DNA of 64,000 nt from a virus: IMG/VR virus record IMGVR_UViG_3300045999_010033, positions 1 through 64,000 of that record; one strand, 5' to 3'. Positions 1 to 9,162 of the stretch are shown piece after piece (positions within the stretch are counted from its first letter, which is position 1; the number at the start of each line of letters is the position of its first letter). The notes beneath the pieces are model-generated. The model was given only the letters and a program-made list of their open reading frames with translations, did not search any database and was not told where the DNA came from. The position numbers and the translations under genes are program-made.

Positions 1-48
1 TATTGTTAACCATAAATTTATGGTTAACAATAAACCAATAAAACTTTA

Positions 49-513
49 CTATTGTTTTCTAAACAAACCCTCTAAAGATGAAACCTTATTTCCGTTATTA
101 TCATTTAACTGCCTTTCGTAATACAATTGTTTGAGAGTTTGTAAATCTCGCGAGTTTTGATTAACAAGCCTATTATTTTGATAAGTTGCGTTTTGTAAAA
201 TATCAATTTTCTGATTTAATAGTCTTATAGAATCAAGTGTAGAGCCCGTAAAATTATATTGATTTTCTATAATGACATCAACCTTTTCATGCAAAAGGTT
301 TTGTCCAGTTTTTACACTATCTATTTTTTGGTCAATCGTAGAAACATTTGTTCTTATTGTACTTACATCAGTAAGCCCTTTTACGAAATTAGGAAATAGC
401 AGGTAAACCATTCCCAAAGTGATAAGTAATGTTGTAGTATATAGGATAATGGTATCCATAAACTCCTTCTTACTCATTTTAATAAAATCAAAATTAAAAG
501 ATTTCCAATTCAT
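49..513 (-). CDS. hypothetical membrane-anchored coiled-coil protein
   Basis: ORF track; N-terminal hydrophobic segment then Q/N/L-rich region; part of the minus-strand gene tiling. Confidence 0.5.
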   Translation of the reverse strand: MNWKSFNFDFIKMSKKEFMDTIILYTTTLLITLGMVYLLFPNFVKGLTDVSTIRTNVSTIDQKIDSVKTGQNLLHEKVDVIIENQYNFTGSTLDSIRLLNQKIDILQNATYQNNRLVNQNSRDLQTLKQLYYERQLNDNNGNKVSSLEGLFRKQ

Positions 514-546
514 AGAAGTGTGCGTTTTATATAAGTATTTAATTCT

Positions 547-1194
547 TTAAGAATTTTTCCATTGAGAATTTTCTTGTCTGCAAGACATGTGATCGGCCCA
601 ATGAATAATGTATGGCAATTCGGTTTTCAATCTAAAATCTTCGTTGTATACTATAAAATATTTTTCATTTGCTTTATTATAAAGTCCATCTGCCAAAAAG
701 ATTCCGAGCATTTCTTTTTCTGTGTAAGAGATACCATACTTGTTTAGTAACCAAACTGCGCGATGGGTAACATCAAGATAATGCAGTTCTGGATTGTGTA
801 TAAAATATTCATTTTTCTTTCTTTGTGCCCATTCATCAGTTTGAGGCAAATAATTTGGGTTAACACCATCTCCCAACTTTCCTAAATCGTGATGTAGTGC
901 GGCAAAAAATAATTCTTCATCTGTAAAATCCACAAATCCACCACCATCTTCAAATAATTTTTTCATCTTAAAGGCGTTTTTCGCAACATTCATCACATGG
1001 TCTACATATCCACCGATATATGCATTGTGAAAGTGTAATTTACCACTCGCAGGTGCAACCGCCAACTCTTTTCCCAATTCGGATTCACTGTACATGAACA
1101 GCAATCGTTCCAATCTCTCACCTTTAAATACTTTTTTTACGAATCCTATAAATCCTTCGTATGCCTCTAATAACTCTTTTTCTGTTTTTTTCAT
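547..1194 (-). CDS. HD-domain phosphohydrolase
   Basis: H..H and 'ALHHDLGK' HD motif followed by conserved D; 215 aa. Confidence 0.55.
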   Translation of the reverse strand: MKKTEKELLEAYEGFIGFVKKVFKGERLERLLFMYSESELGKELAVAPASGKLHFHNAYIGGYVDHVMNVAKNAFKMKKLFEDGGGFVDFTDEELFFAALHHDLGKLGDGVNPNYLPQTDEWAQRKKNEYFIHNPELHYLDVTHRAVWLLNKYGISYTEKEMLGIFLADGLYNKANEKYFIVYNEDFRLKTELPYIIHWADHMSCRQENSQWKNS

Positions 1195-1244
1195 TTTATA
1201 ACTTTTTATAGTACAATATACAAAAAATTTTTGAAAAAACCAAA

Positions 1245-1568
1245 TTATTGATATAGCTCTTTTTTGGTAAGTATTTGGTAAATAATCTCCACTTCTTCTT
1301 CGGTAGTTAATGCTGGAAGATCATCATCAAACATAAAAATAGAATATACGTGATTTCCATCATCATCTATAAATTCACCATTTTCGGAAGACCACATATG
1401 TGGATAGTAATCATCTACCTTTAGAAAGTCCTCTTCGCTGGCATCGACTAATGGTATAATCCAATACCAATAGTTTTCGCCTGATTCATCATCCTTTACA
1501 TCTATTTTGAAGCACTTCCATTTTCTAAAACTTGCATCAGTTATTGGAGTTTGTGGGACGGTTATCAT
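1245..1568 (-). CDS. hypothetical protein
   Basis: ORF track; tiles with neighbours. Confidence 0.45.
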   Translation of the reverse strand: MITVPQTPITDASFRKWKCFKIDVKDDESGENYWYWIIPLVDASEEDFLKVDDYYPHMWSSENGEFIDDDGNHVYSIFMFDDDLPALTTEEEVEIIYQILTKKELYQ

Positions 1569-1571
1569 ACA

Positions 1572-1790
1572 TTACCATTTACCTAATGGACACCCCTTTT
1601 CTGCGGGAGTGAAAACTTTTGATTTTAAAACGCAGCCACATTCGGAACACACATACACGCCAACCGAATTTTTCTTTTTCTTTTCGCATTTATTACAAAT
1701 TTCTAAACGTTTGGCCGCCAATTCGTTTTGCTCATCATTTGGGCTTAATTGGATTGCCCATGATTTTAGTATTTCTTCTACTTTGTTCAT
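1572..1790 (-). CDS. zinc-ribbon protein
   Basis: CNKC...CSECGC cysteine pairs. Confidence 0.5.
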   Translation of the reverse strand: MNKVEEILKSWAIQLSPNDEQNELAAKRLEICNKCEKKKKNSVGVYVCSECGCVLKSKVFTPAEKGCPLGKW

Positions 1791-2092
1791 ACAACTTTTT
1801 GTTTAATTGATTGAATACGTGCACATATTTCAAACATTTCTAATTCTATAAATTTTTCTTGCAACCAGCTCAATAGTTCTTTGTAATCATTGCGATGTAC
1901 AACTATGTAAGCCGGCAATCCATGTATTTTCATTAAAACTAATTCCTTTGCCGATTTATTTTTATAAAACCTTTCTATGATATCAACTATGGAAACCAAT
2001 ACACCGAATGGAATAGTTTGACGCTCTTTCAAGAAATCCCAATTATACTTTATCCACGCTCCTTCAATTTTTTCTAAGGCTTTTATATTCAT
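1787..2092 (-). CDS. hypothetical protein
   Basis: ORF track; 4-nt overlap with downstream gene. Confidence 0.45.
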   Translation of the reverse strand: MNIKALEKIEGAWIKYNWDFLKERQTIPFGVLVSIVDIIERFYKNKSAKELVLMKIHGLPAYIVVHRNDYKELLSWLQEKFIELEMFEICARIQSIKQKVV

Positions 2093-2216
2093 AAATGACT
2101 TTTATACAATTCCAATATGGATTCGGACTAGACCAATTTGAATACCCTGTACTTGTTACATACCAATTCATAGTAACCTATTTTATATTAAATATTTGAA
2201 ATTAAAAATTATTTGT

Positions 2217-3044
2217 TTATCTTCTTATTCTACCCTTCATCACAAATACTCTGATATCGGAATCATCTTCGGCAATTGTAACTTTGCCGGACACCATTGA
2301 CTTTAATTTAGATTTTACGTTCTTAACGATATTTTTATCAATTATATTATTTCTATCCCGTTCCGCACCCCATATAACATCTATCAATTTTATATCATTT
2401 AATAATAGTTCATCCCAAGAATCAGGATTATCATCAAACCCAAAATTAAATGCATCTGCCAATTCACTTTTATTTTGTTCAGCAAACTTTTCAGCAAGCT
2501 GTATATACCTTTCTACATATTTTCTTAAAATTTCACCACGATTTTTAACATTCTTTTTAGATTTATCTGATGTGTAGTATTTAAATAGTTTAGCTCCGTT
2601 TATATCATCTAAAATAGATTTTAATTTACTATCCTGCTCAAGAAACTCCCACCAATCCAAAAAAACATTACCAATCAATGATGCCCAACGTCTACCCTGT
2701 TCATCTGGTTCGGACATTATATCATCATCGCCTTTAATTAATAAAGTACCCTCCAAATAAAACATAACGCCAGAGTTCCAAATACCGGGTATATCTACTC
2801 GCATAGATGCATTTGGTACGCGGGTCATACAACTTATAGACTTTTTAGTACCCTGAAGTGAGTCCAATTGGTCTAACTTTTTTATACTTGTAATGTGAAA
2901 CGCCCGAACACGTTTACCTTCATTCAATATTTTTGCAATCTTTGGTGTAAATGGAAATTTACGTGAATACGCAAATGTATATGCTTTCGATACCCACTTC
3001 ACATCGGTTACTGTCTCACTCAATAAATCTTTCAGTCTTATCAT
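2217..3044 (-). CDS. hypothetical protein
   Basis: 275-aa ORF on coding strand. Confidence 0.5.
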   Translation of the reverse strand: MIRLKDLLSETVTDVKWVSKAYTFAYSRKFPFTPKIAKILNEGKRVRAFHITSIKKLDQLDSLQGTKKSISCMTRVPNASMRVDIPGIWNSGVMFYLEGTLLIKGDDDIMSEPDEQGRRWASLIGNVFLDWWEFLEQDSKLKSILDDINGAKLFKYYTSDKSKKNVKNRGEILRKYVERYIQLAEKFAEQNKSELADAFNFGFDDNPDSWDELLLNDIKLIDVIWGAERDRNNIIDKNIVKNVKSKLKSMVSGKVTIAEDDSDIRVFVMKGRIRR

Positions 3045-3200
3045 ACAAATAAATATAAGGGGGTTGGGGGAATTAATTCGTCGTTAGGATTACAACATTT
3101 TTTCAAACCGATATATATCGTCTAAACCAATCCATCGGCACAATCACTATCCATCCTCGCCAAAGCAACCATGCCAACACAAGGATACAAATTAAGGCTC

Positions 3201-4235
3201 TCATCGGCGAAACAATTTACGCAATCCGCGGAATATAAGCCCAACCGGAGTAGTGAGGCCCAGAAAACGAATTGCAGTATTTGCAACACCAACCGCACGG
3301 TCCACAATAGTACGACGACCTCCCTCATCAACCGGAGAGGCAGGAGCAGTATCTTCGGCAGCCGGTGGGGTCGTATCCGAAGTAGAATCGGCAGCCCCAA
3401 TGGCGGTCACCACATCGGCACCGGCATTGCCACGTTCGGTTGGTCCACTATCCACTCCCGCAAGACGAGTTTCCTTGCGTACCCTTTGGCGATTCGGGTC
3501 GGGGCCTTGCGCCGGCGGTACTTCCGTAATGGCGGAAACAATCAGGTCGGATTCCCCAACACCTTCGGGTAGTACACCATCAAAGTAGATATCGCCAATA
3601 CGATTAAAATCTACACGTAGGTCGGCAAGACGTTCCGACACACGCTTAACTATTTCGGCAATTCCATTGTAATCAATCCTGCCACCCTCGGCCGGTGGAG
3701 CAATCTTTAATGTGGCGTAGGAGTAATCCGCACCCAATCCCAAATCCGATAACCTCCACCTGTCAGCGGGCCTTTCGGCAGATGGGCTAATAGTCCAATT
3801 TATTTGCTCCAGAATCCCCTTTGGCACCGGACCAGGGTCATCATACGACCAATCCACTTCCGTCACCCCAGCGGTACGGAGAACGAATTCCTGTTGGGCC
3901 GCAAGCCCTTGTAGACCTGAAACATCTACCTTTATGATTGGTACGGCATCACCCATAGGGGCAGCCAGTCCGGATACTGTCTTTACTTCGCCATTGCGGG
4001 TGTACCAATAGTGTGGGTCACCGCCCTCTCGCGCAGCAGAAAGACTCGCGAGTGTTTTCGGGCTAACAAGCAGCCGCCCCGCGCACTCCACAATAATTCC
4101 ATCTGCCTCCAATAGGGGTAGGAGTTCACGTTCCGGCGAAAGACCGATGGCAAGTGGGGTTACTGCCGGAGGATTGGCAGCCACGAGCACTTCATCACCT
4201 ACCCGGCTATACCTTTGTGGATTTTGCCTTATCAT
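3201..4235 (-). CDS. hypothetical protein encoded in GC-rich island
   Basis: 344-aa ORF; local GC visibly far above genome background; Ala/Gly/Pro-rich. Confidence 0.5.
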   Translation of the reverse strand: MIRQNPQRYSRVGDEVLVAANPPAVTPLAIGLSPERELLPLLEADGIIVECAGRLLVSPKTLASLSAAREGGDPHYWYTRNGEVKTVSGLAAPMGDAVPIIKVDVSGLQGLAAQQEFVLRTAGVTEVDWSYDDPGPVPKGILEQINWTISPSAERPADRWRLSDLGLGADYSYATLKIAPPAEGGRIDYNGIAEIVKRVSERLADLRVDFNRIGDIYFDGVLPEGVGESDLIVSAITEVPPAQGPDPNRQRVRKETRLAGVDSGPTERGNAGADVVTAIGAADSTSDTTPPAAEDTAPASPVDEGGRRTIVDRAVGVANTAIRFLGLTTPVGLIFRGLRKLFRR

Positions 4236-4461
4236 TTCTTAACCATTTTAATGTTTCTCGGTAGCGTGCAGTTTCGCCCTTCCGCCCCCACTCACCTGTC
4301 AATACCCTCCTTTGCATGGCTGGATACACACCCATATCAATGGCTTGTAGTATGTATCGGGTTGGGTCTTCTTTTATACGTAATCCGGACGGAATGAACG
4401 TCGCGAGGCCGACCGTGCACCCAAAGCCGTTTGCTATCTTCTTATATTCTTCTTCTCTCAT
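4207..4461 (-). CDS. hypothetical protein (GC-rich island)
   Basis: ORF track; overlaps neighbours by a few codons. Confidence 0.35.
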   Translation of the reverse strand: MREEEYKKIANGFGCTVGLATFIPSGLRIKEDPTRYILQAIDMGVYPAMQRRVLTGEWGRKGETARYRETLKWLRNDKAKSTKV

Positions 4462-4931
4462 CCTTTTAATTTCATTACCACTTCGTTACCACTAATCTTT
4501 GTTACGGCTTTGGGAAACGCCCTTTTGATATACTGTCCATATAGCCGGGTACGGCGGTCATCGGCAATCCACCGTATAGTATCCGGCGCCCCGTCCTTTC
4601 GAATTTCGTCACGTAGTATCGCAACTATCGTAGCCATTACCCGGTATAGTTCACCACGGTTTGTATCTCCATACCTACTCATCTTCGGGTCCCCTGCAGA
4701 AACCGTATCTATTCTGAAATCCACATACCACTCAACCGTATTCTTCACCTTCGATACGGTTTTACGTTTCAAGCTAATCGTCATCGTATATTGCACACCC
4801 GAATCGGTGGTAAACTCCCAATCCTTCATAGTGCCTCCCGAATACACCATATCGTACTCGTATGGTTTGGCCGAACCCTCTCCGGTCTCCCATAGTATTC
4901 TAATTGGTATCAATCCTTTAAGCCGTATCAT
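4458..4931 (-). CDS. hypothetical protein (GC-rich island)
   Basis: 157-aa ORF; moderately GC-rich. Confidence 0.5.
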   Translation of the reverse strand: MIRLKGLIPIRILWETGEGSAKPYEYDMVYSGGTMKDWEFTTDSGVQYTMTISLKRKTVSKVKNTVEWYVDFRIDTVSAGDPKMSRYGDTNRGELYRVMATIVAILRDEIRKDGAPDTIRWIADDRRTRLYGQYIKRAFPKAVTKISGNEVVMKLKG

Positions 4932-5139
4932 CCCTTGCGTTTTCTATAAATATCTTCCTTATAGGTTTTTTACTCCCCAAAAAAATTTTAGCCCGGATGG
5001 GGTGTGAGCCGAAAGGGAATAGAAGCCAAAAACCTTTTGTTTCAAAAAGTGTTTCCATATGGGAAAAAATTACCCGAAATATTTTCACCGATTAGGCCCG
5101 GTTTATATTTATATTTATTTTTCCAGTTACATGAAATTC

Positions 5140-5290
5140 GGTTCAAGTAAATATAAGGGGTGCAAATGAATATAAGTGTTAGATTTATATAAATTAAATA
5201 TAAGGGGTGCAAATGAATATAAGCGGTGCAAATGAATATAAGGGGTGAAAATAAATATAAAAATCGCAAGTGAAAATCGTGGGCATAAGA
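5140..5290. repeat. iteron-like direct repeat array (unit AAATATAAGGGGTGCAAATGAATATAAG, 3 copies plus degenerate copies)
   Basis: 28-nt unit perfectly repeated at about 5148 and 5196, third partial copy at 5224, further GGTGAAAAT/GTGAAAATCG degenerate copies. Confidence 0.7.
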
Positions 5291-5355
5291 ATACCGCCAG
5301 CGTATTATGCCGGCGGTTCATCCCTATATGGGAGCATGTTATATGTAGTAGGATA

Positions 5356-5574
5356 TCACATATCCTTAATCATGTCCAGATACATTTGGTTAAGCTCTCC
5401 AGTATCGGTATAACTATATTGTCGCATCATATCCCTTGCCGTATCCAATGCTTCGGGTTTGGGTGCCGTCTTACCTATGTTATACTCCTTCATCCATTCT
5501 GCTTCGGAAAGGGTGATATCTGGCTCTATCGTTCGCATTATATTTAATTTCGCTTTATTTGTATCCGATTTCAA
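5356..5574 (-). CDS. hypothetical protein
   Basis: ORF track. Confidence 0.4.
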   Translation of the reverse strand: MKSDTNKAKLNIMRTIEPDITLSEAEWMKEYNIGKTAPKPEALDTARDMMRQYSYTDTGELNQMYLDMIKDM

Positions 5575-6214
5575 TTGATTCGAAATTTATTTTGTTTATT
5601 AATATATTACTTCTGATTGCCTGCCTTTTGCATCTATTCCATTCGAAGAGAGAATATGAATAGCCTCTCTTACTTCGTCCAGTTCTTTTGAGGCCGTCCA
5701 TTTTGGCTTTCCGTCCTGCAATCTTTTTATCTTTCTCATTAGAACTACTTCTGCTTCCTTTAGCTTTTTTAGTGCGTAAGTCTCTGTTACCATCTGGCTT
5801 GCCATTTAGTTTATTCTTAATATAGTCCCAGCAAGCTGGTCCGTGCAATGATTCGTTTTGTCGTGCTTCTAATTCATAGGGATTACTTTCATAGTCCGCA
5901 TCAGGGTCGTATTTGGTCAATAGTGGTTGTAATTGGTGTGTCCATTCGTGAATACAAGTGCTTATTAGGTCTGCCACAGTATCGAATGTGTCCCAATAGA
6001 TGTAAATTTCATTATCTACTGGGTCATATTCACCGTGATAATGATAGTCCGAGTCCAAGTCTATGGACTTTTGTATGTACCATTTTGGTAAGTGTTTCTT
6101 TCTTTTGTTTGTTCCGAGTGTACGTCTGCACCAACGCAGGGCCATATTGGCAATACTTACTGCCTTTCGGCGGCCTATTTTATCTATTTTTGTGTTAAGA
6201 TAAATTTTAGGCAT
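5555..6214 (-). CDS. putative zinc metallopeptidase (HExxH, SprT-like)
   Basis: 'CIHEWTHQL' HExxH motif; basic C-terminal tail. Confidence 0.5.
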   Translation of the reverse strand: MPKIYLNTKIDKIGRRKAVSIANMALRWCRRTLGTNKRKKHLPKWYIQKSIDLDSDYHYHGEYDPVDNEIYIYWDTFDTVADLISTCIHEWTHQLQPLLTKYDPDADYESNPYELEARQNESLHGPACWDYIKNKLNGKPDGNRDLRTKKAKGSRSSSNEKDKKIAGRKAKMDGLKRTGRSKRGYSYSLFEWNRCKRQAIRSNILINKINFESIEIGYK

Positions 6215-6337
6215 AACAAATATAAATTAAAAAGCGGCCGAACTAATAATATAGTCCGACCGCTTGTAGTAAATTGGACTGCCGTTATCGGAAGTAACAG
6301 CGTGTCCGTTGCCGGTCGATTAACGAGCGGGCTTTCA

Positions 6338-6498
6338 TCATTGTGCAATAGCGCCGGCAGGTAGAATGGTGTCAACTACAACTGAGTCTGTACCAGTGGT
6401 GTCCATTACTACTACTGCCGTGTCGGTTGCGGTTACGGCTTCACTTGATTGACCACATGATACGAAGGTCATAGATGCTACTGCGAAGATTGCGAAGA
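6338..6498 (-). CDS. small secreted lipoprotein (about 58 aa, below ORF-track cutoff)
   Basis: Manual translation MKTIFAIFAVASMTFVSCGQ...; signal peptide with lipobox-like FVSC. Confidence 0.4.
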
Positions 6499-6574
6499 TT
6501 GTTTTCATTTTCTTTCTTTTTTTTTTGTTTGTTAAATGTTTATAAATATACTAAAATTATTCCGATATTCCAAA

Positions 6575-6769
6575 TTAATGTTCTGCCCTATTATAGAATA
6601 GCCGTGGCTCATCGGGCGTAAGGGCCATTGCTTTGTTTCGTTGCATTTTATCGAGGAATGCTACCGCTTCATCCAGATCCATATCTACTGTCACCGGCTG
6701 ATTTGTATCTACTGCGGTGATTGTACAGCGTCCTTTTGAGTCTTGCTTAATATAAAATAGTGTATCCAT
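6575..6769 (-). CDS. hypothetical protein
   Basis: ORF track. Confidence 0.45.
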   Translation of the reverse strand: MDTLFYIKQDSKGRCTITAVDTNQPVTVDMDLDEAVAFLDKMQRNKAMALTPDEPRLFYNRAEH

Positions 6770-6772
6770 AGT

Positions 6773-7159
6773 TTAGGCTTTTGCGGGGTTTGCATTGTTA
6801 TCAATCCAATCTTCAACGTCAGCTCTTACTTGGTCAATAACATCATCAAACGAATAGTCGATACTATCTATTTCGATTTGCCTATCGTACCCCATACTCA
6901 ACTCAACTTCTGCCTCTCTTCTAAGGTCTATACGATTAAATTCATCATGCATAACACCAACCAATACATTCAAGAACGCTCCGCGTTTAAACGTTATCAG
7001 CCGATTGTCCTCATCATCTGGTGTTTCTTCTACTACATCTGCGATTTCATCTACCGCCGGCAGATCATCAATACCGTTGATAATCTTCACTACATCTTCC
7101 CGCGTAAAGATAGATGCGGGGCTTACATTTACTAATTCAATTGCGTTTTGCTTTGTCAT
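6773..7159 (-). CDS. hypothetical acidic protein
   Basis: D/E-rich 128-aa ORF. Confidence 0.5.
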   Translation of the reverse strand: MTKQNAIELVNVSPASIFTREDVVKIINGIDDLPAVDEIADVVEETPDDEDNRLITFKRGAFLNVLVGVMHDEFNRIDLRREAEVELSMGYDRQIEIDSIDYSFDDVIDQVRADVEDWIDNNANPAKA

Positions 7160-7237
7160 TGTTATATTTGTTTTATTTATTAAATTGGTTGCTCATTATA
7201 CCAATAATCATATTCATCATTCCACATTTATTCTAAT

Positions 7238-7483
7238 TTAGTCAGATTCGAACTGCATAGCAACGCCCGCCCAATACTGATGCCCTTCCGGTGTTTTGGC
7301 CCATGTGAACGATTCATTGATAAACGAATAGAACGAATTAAAATCACGATTTAAGTATTCCGATATGATATGGGGTTGGCCATAATCATCCGGCTTTGAC
7401 GATTCCGTTTCACTCAATCGTTTCAGAAACAATACTTGCAGTTTATATGGTATCATCTTCAACCATTCTAGTCCTTTCTTCAT
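7238..7483 (-). CDS. TPEGHxYW-family small protein (paralog 1 of 7)
   Basis: Shares WL..LPYKLQVLFLK...GF.W..TPEGH.YW with six tandem neighbours. Confidence 0.55.
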   Translation of the reverse strand: MKKGLEWLKMIPYKLQVLFLKRLSETESSKPDDYGQPHIISEYLNRDFNSFYSFINESFTWAKTPEGHQYWAGVAMQFESD

Positions 7484-7492
7484 ATCTTATAT

Positions 7493-7720
7493 TTATTTAT
7501 ATCTTTCATTCGCGATAAGACTCCAATAATCATGCCCTTCAGCTGTATCTGACCATGTAAACCCTCCACATATAAAATCATGAAACTCTGTAAATTCATA
7601 ATTTAAATATCCAGCGATGCTTTCCAGTCCGATGTACTTCCCGCATTCGGACAATCGTTTCAGAAACAATACTTGCAGTTTATATGGCATTGTTGCCAAC
7701 CATTCTACTCCGGTTTTCAT
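7493..7720 (-). CDS. TPEGHxYW-family small protein (paralog 2)
   Basis: Paralogy. Confidence 0.55.
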   Translation of the reverse strand: MKTGVEWLATMPYKLQVLFLKRLSECGKYIGLESIAGYLNYEFTEFHDFICGGFTWSDTAEGHDYWSLIANERYK

Positions 7721-7941
7721 ATCAATTGCGCATTATATATCTTATTCCAATATTCGTGTCCTTCCGGTGTATCACGCCATACAAACCCGGCATCTATAAA
7801 AGATTCAAACGTGTCAAAATCATAAGATAGAAAGGTAGCTATAGTCCCTTTATCTTTTGGTCGTTTGTGATTAACCCGATTCTTACAAAATAGGATTTGG
7901 TCCTCTTTACTTAATTTACCCAGCCATTCTACCGCTTTCAT
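7717..7941 (-). CDS. TPEGHxYW-family small protein (paralog 3)
   Basis: Paralogy. Confidence 0.55.
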   Translation of the reverse strand: MKAVEWLGKLSKEDQILFCKNRVNHKRPKDKGTIATFLSYDFDTFESFIDAGFVWRDTPEGHEYWNKIYNAQLI

Positions 7942-7950
7942 ATCTTATAT

Positions 7951-8190
7951 TTATTTATCTTTATGTGCAATCGTATCCCAATAATCGTGCCCTTCGGGGG
8001 TATCTTCCCACATAAATGCATGGTCAATAAACTGACTAAACGAATCATATTCAAGAATCAGATATTGCGCGATTGTCAATCCGCGCTTTGTAACCTCTCC
8101 ACGATTTCTGTGGTTTACTCTATTCTTACAAAATAGGATTTGGTCTTCTTTACTTAATTTACTCAGCCATTCTACTCCTAGCTTTCTCAT
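7951..8190 (-). CDS. TPEGHxYW-family small protein (paralog 4)
   Basis: Paralogy. Confidence 0.55.
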   Translation of the reverse strand: MRKLGVEWLSKLSKEDQILFCKNRVNHRNRGEVTKRGLTIAQYLILEYDSFSQFIDHAFMWEDTPEGHDYWDTIAHKDK

Positions 8191-8409
8191 AATATATGTT
8201 TTTATACTTTAATTAATATCCACATTGTATTGTCAAAGTCCATTGCCGATTGAACCAACCGTAAGATAATATAATCGCTTTAGTATAAACACCAGTTTCC
8301 AAAAAATGGTCTGAATGATATACAAGCTGAATATACGGAAGGATGTGCCATTCATCTCGCTTCCACACCGGCCGGCGGTAACGGCTGAAGCTTATTATAA
8401 TACCATTTT

Positions 8410-8622
8410 TCATATTCTAAAGATTTCGGCAATATCAAACCAATAATCGCCTCCTTCCGGCGTTGACTCCCAAATGAAATTTCCACTAACAAATTCGCTT
8501 ACATTATCAAATTCGGATGAAAGAATATCGGATATAGTTTTTCCTTGTGAAGCACAGTTCTTCAAAAATTGAACTTGGACTTTATACGATAGCATCTTTA
8601 AACAATCTATACCTTTTATCAT
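8410..8622 (-). CDS. TPEGHxYW-family small protein (paralog 5)
   Basis: Paralogy. Confidence 0.55.
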   Translation of the reverse strand: MIKGIDCLKMLSYKVQVQFLKNCASQGKTISDILSSEFDNVSEFVSGNFIWESTPEGGDYWFDIAEIFRI

Positions 8623-8626
8623 TTTA

Positions 8627-8848
8627 TTAACTATTTAATTTTTGATATTTGCTATGCATTCTAACCCAATATAGATGTCCTTCCGGTGTATCATTCCATC
8701 CGAATCCAGCAATTATAAAATGCGCCACATCATCAAACCCATATAGCAATTTATCCGATATATTGATATCTTGATTGGCCATATTTTTTAATATCTGAAC
8801 TTGCATCTTATATGGTAACTGCAGCAAACAATCTATTCCCTTCATCAT
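8627..8848 (-). CDS. TPEGHxYW-family small protein (paralog 6)
   Basis: Paralogy. Confidence 0.55.
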   Translation of the reverse strand: MMKGIDCLLQLPYKMQVQILKNMANQDINISDKLLYGFDDVAHFIIAGFGWNDTPEGHLYWVRMHSKYQKLNS

Positions 8849-9099
8849 TATATTCGGTATTTTGATAGTATATCACTCCAATATTGTCGGCCTTCGGGTG
8901 TGCTATTCCAAACGAATCCACGCTTCATAAAGACTTCAAAACTTCGACATTTACTTTGCAAAAAGAAAGAAATGGATCCGACATTATCAAGATTTTTTAA
9001 ATACTTAACCTGTACCGCATATGGTAATTTATTCAGATAATATAATCCGTTTTTCATTTTATATTCATTTTGCAGTCGGAGCGGGACTCGAACCCGCAA
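8848..9099 (-). CDS. TPEGHxYW-family small protein (paralog 7)
   Basis: Paralogy; N-terminus may overlap the tRNA-like element. Confidence 0.45.
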   Translation of the reverse strand: MRVRVPLRLQNEYKMKNGLYYLNKLPYAVQVKYLKNLDNVGSISFFLQSKCRSFEVFMKRGFVWNSTPEGRQYWSDILSKYRI

Positions 9100-9160
9100 C
9101 GCTAAACCGTATAGGATGAGATGACCGTTTCCTCATTATAAGCTATCCGACCGACCAGCC
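9072..9160 (-). tRNA. tRNA-like gene (T-arm GCGGG-TTCGAGT-CCCGC and acceptor GGTCGGA/TCCGACT clear; anticodon arm not resolved)
   Basis: Canonical T-loop and 7-bp acceptor pairing on minus strand; about 80 nt; anticodon undetermined. Confidence 0.45.
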
Positions 9161-9162
9161 GA

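Noticed and set aside
5140-5290. CRISPR array interpretation of the 28-nt repeats
   Set aside because: There are only 2-3 copies, the spacers are irregular and partly repeat-derived, there is no cas gene, and the setting is a phage. This fits iterons or binding sites better.
5042-5547. ORFs 5042..5269, 5127..5321 and 5245..5547 over the iteron array
   Set aside because: They are made of the repeat sequence itself (Ile/Tyr/Leu-rich low complexity) and overlap on both strands, so they are not credible genes.
8213-8413. ORF 8213..8413 inside the gap of the TPEGHxYW array
   Set aside because: It has no paralogy and odd composition, and it sits in a 220-nt gap that looks non-coding. It is likely spurious.
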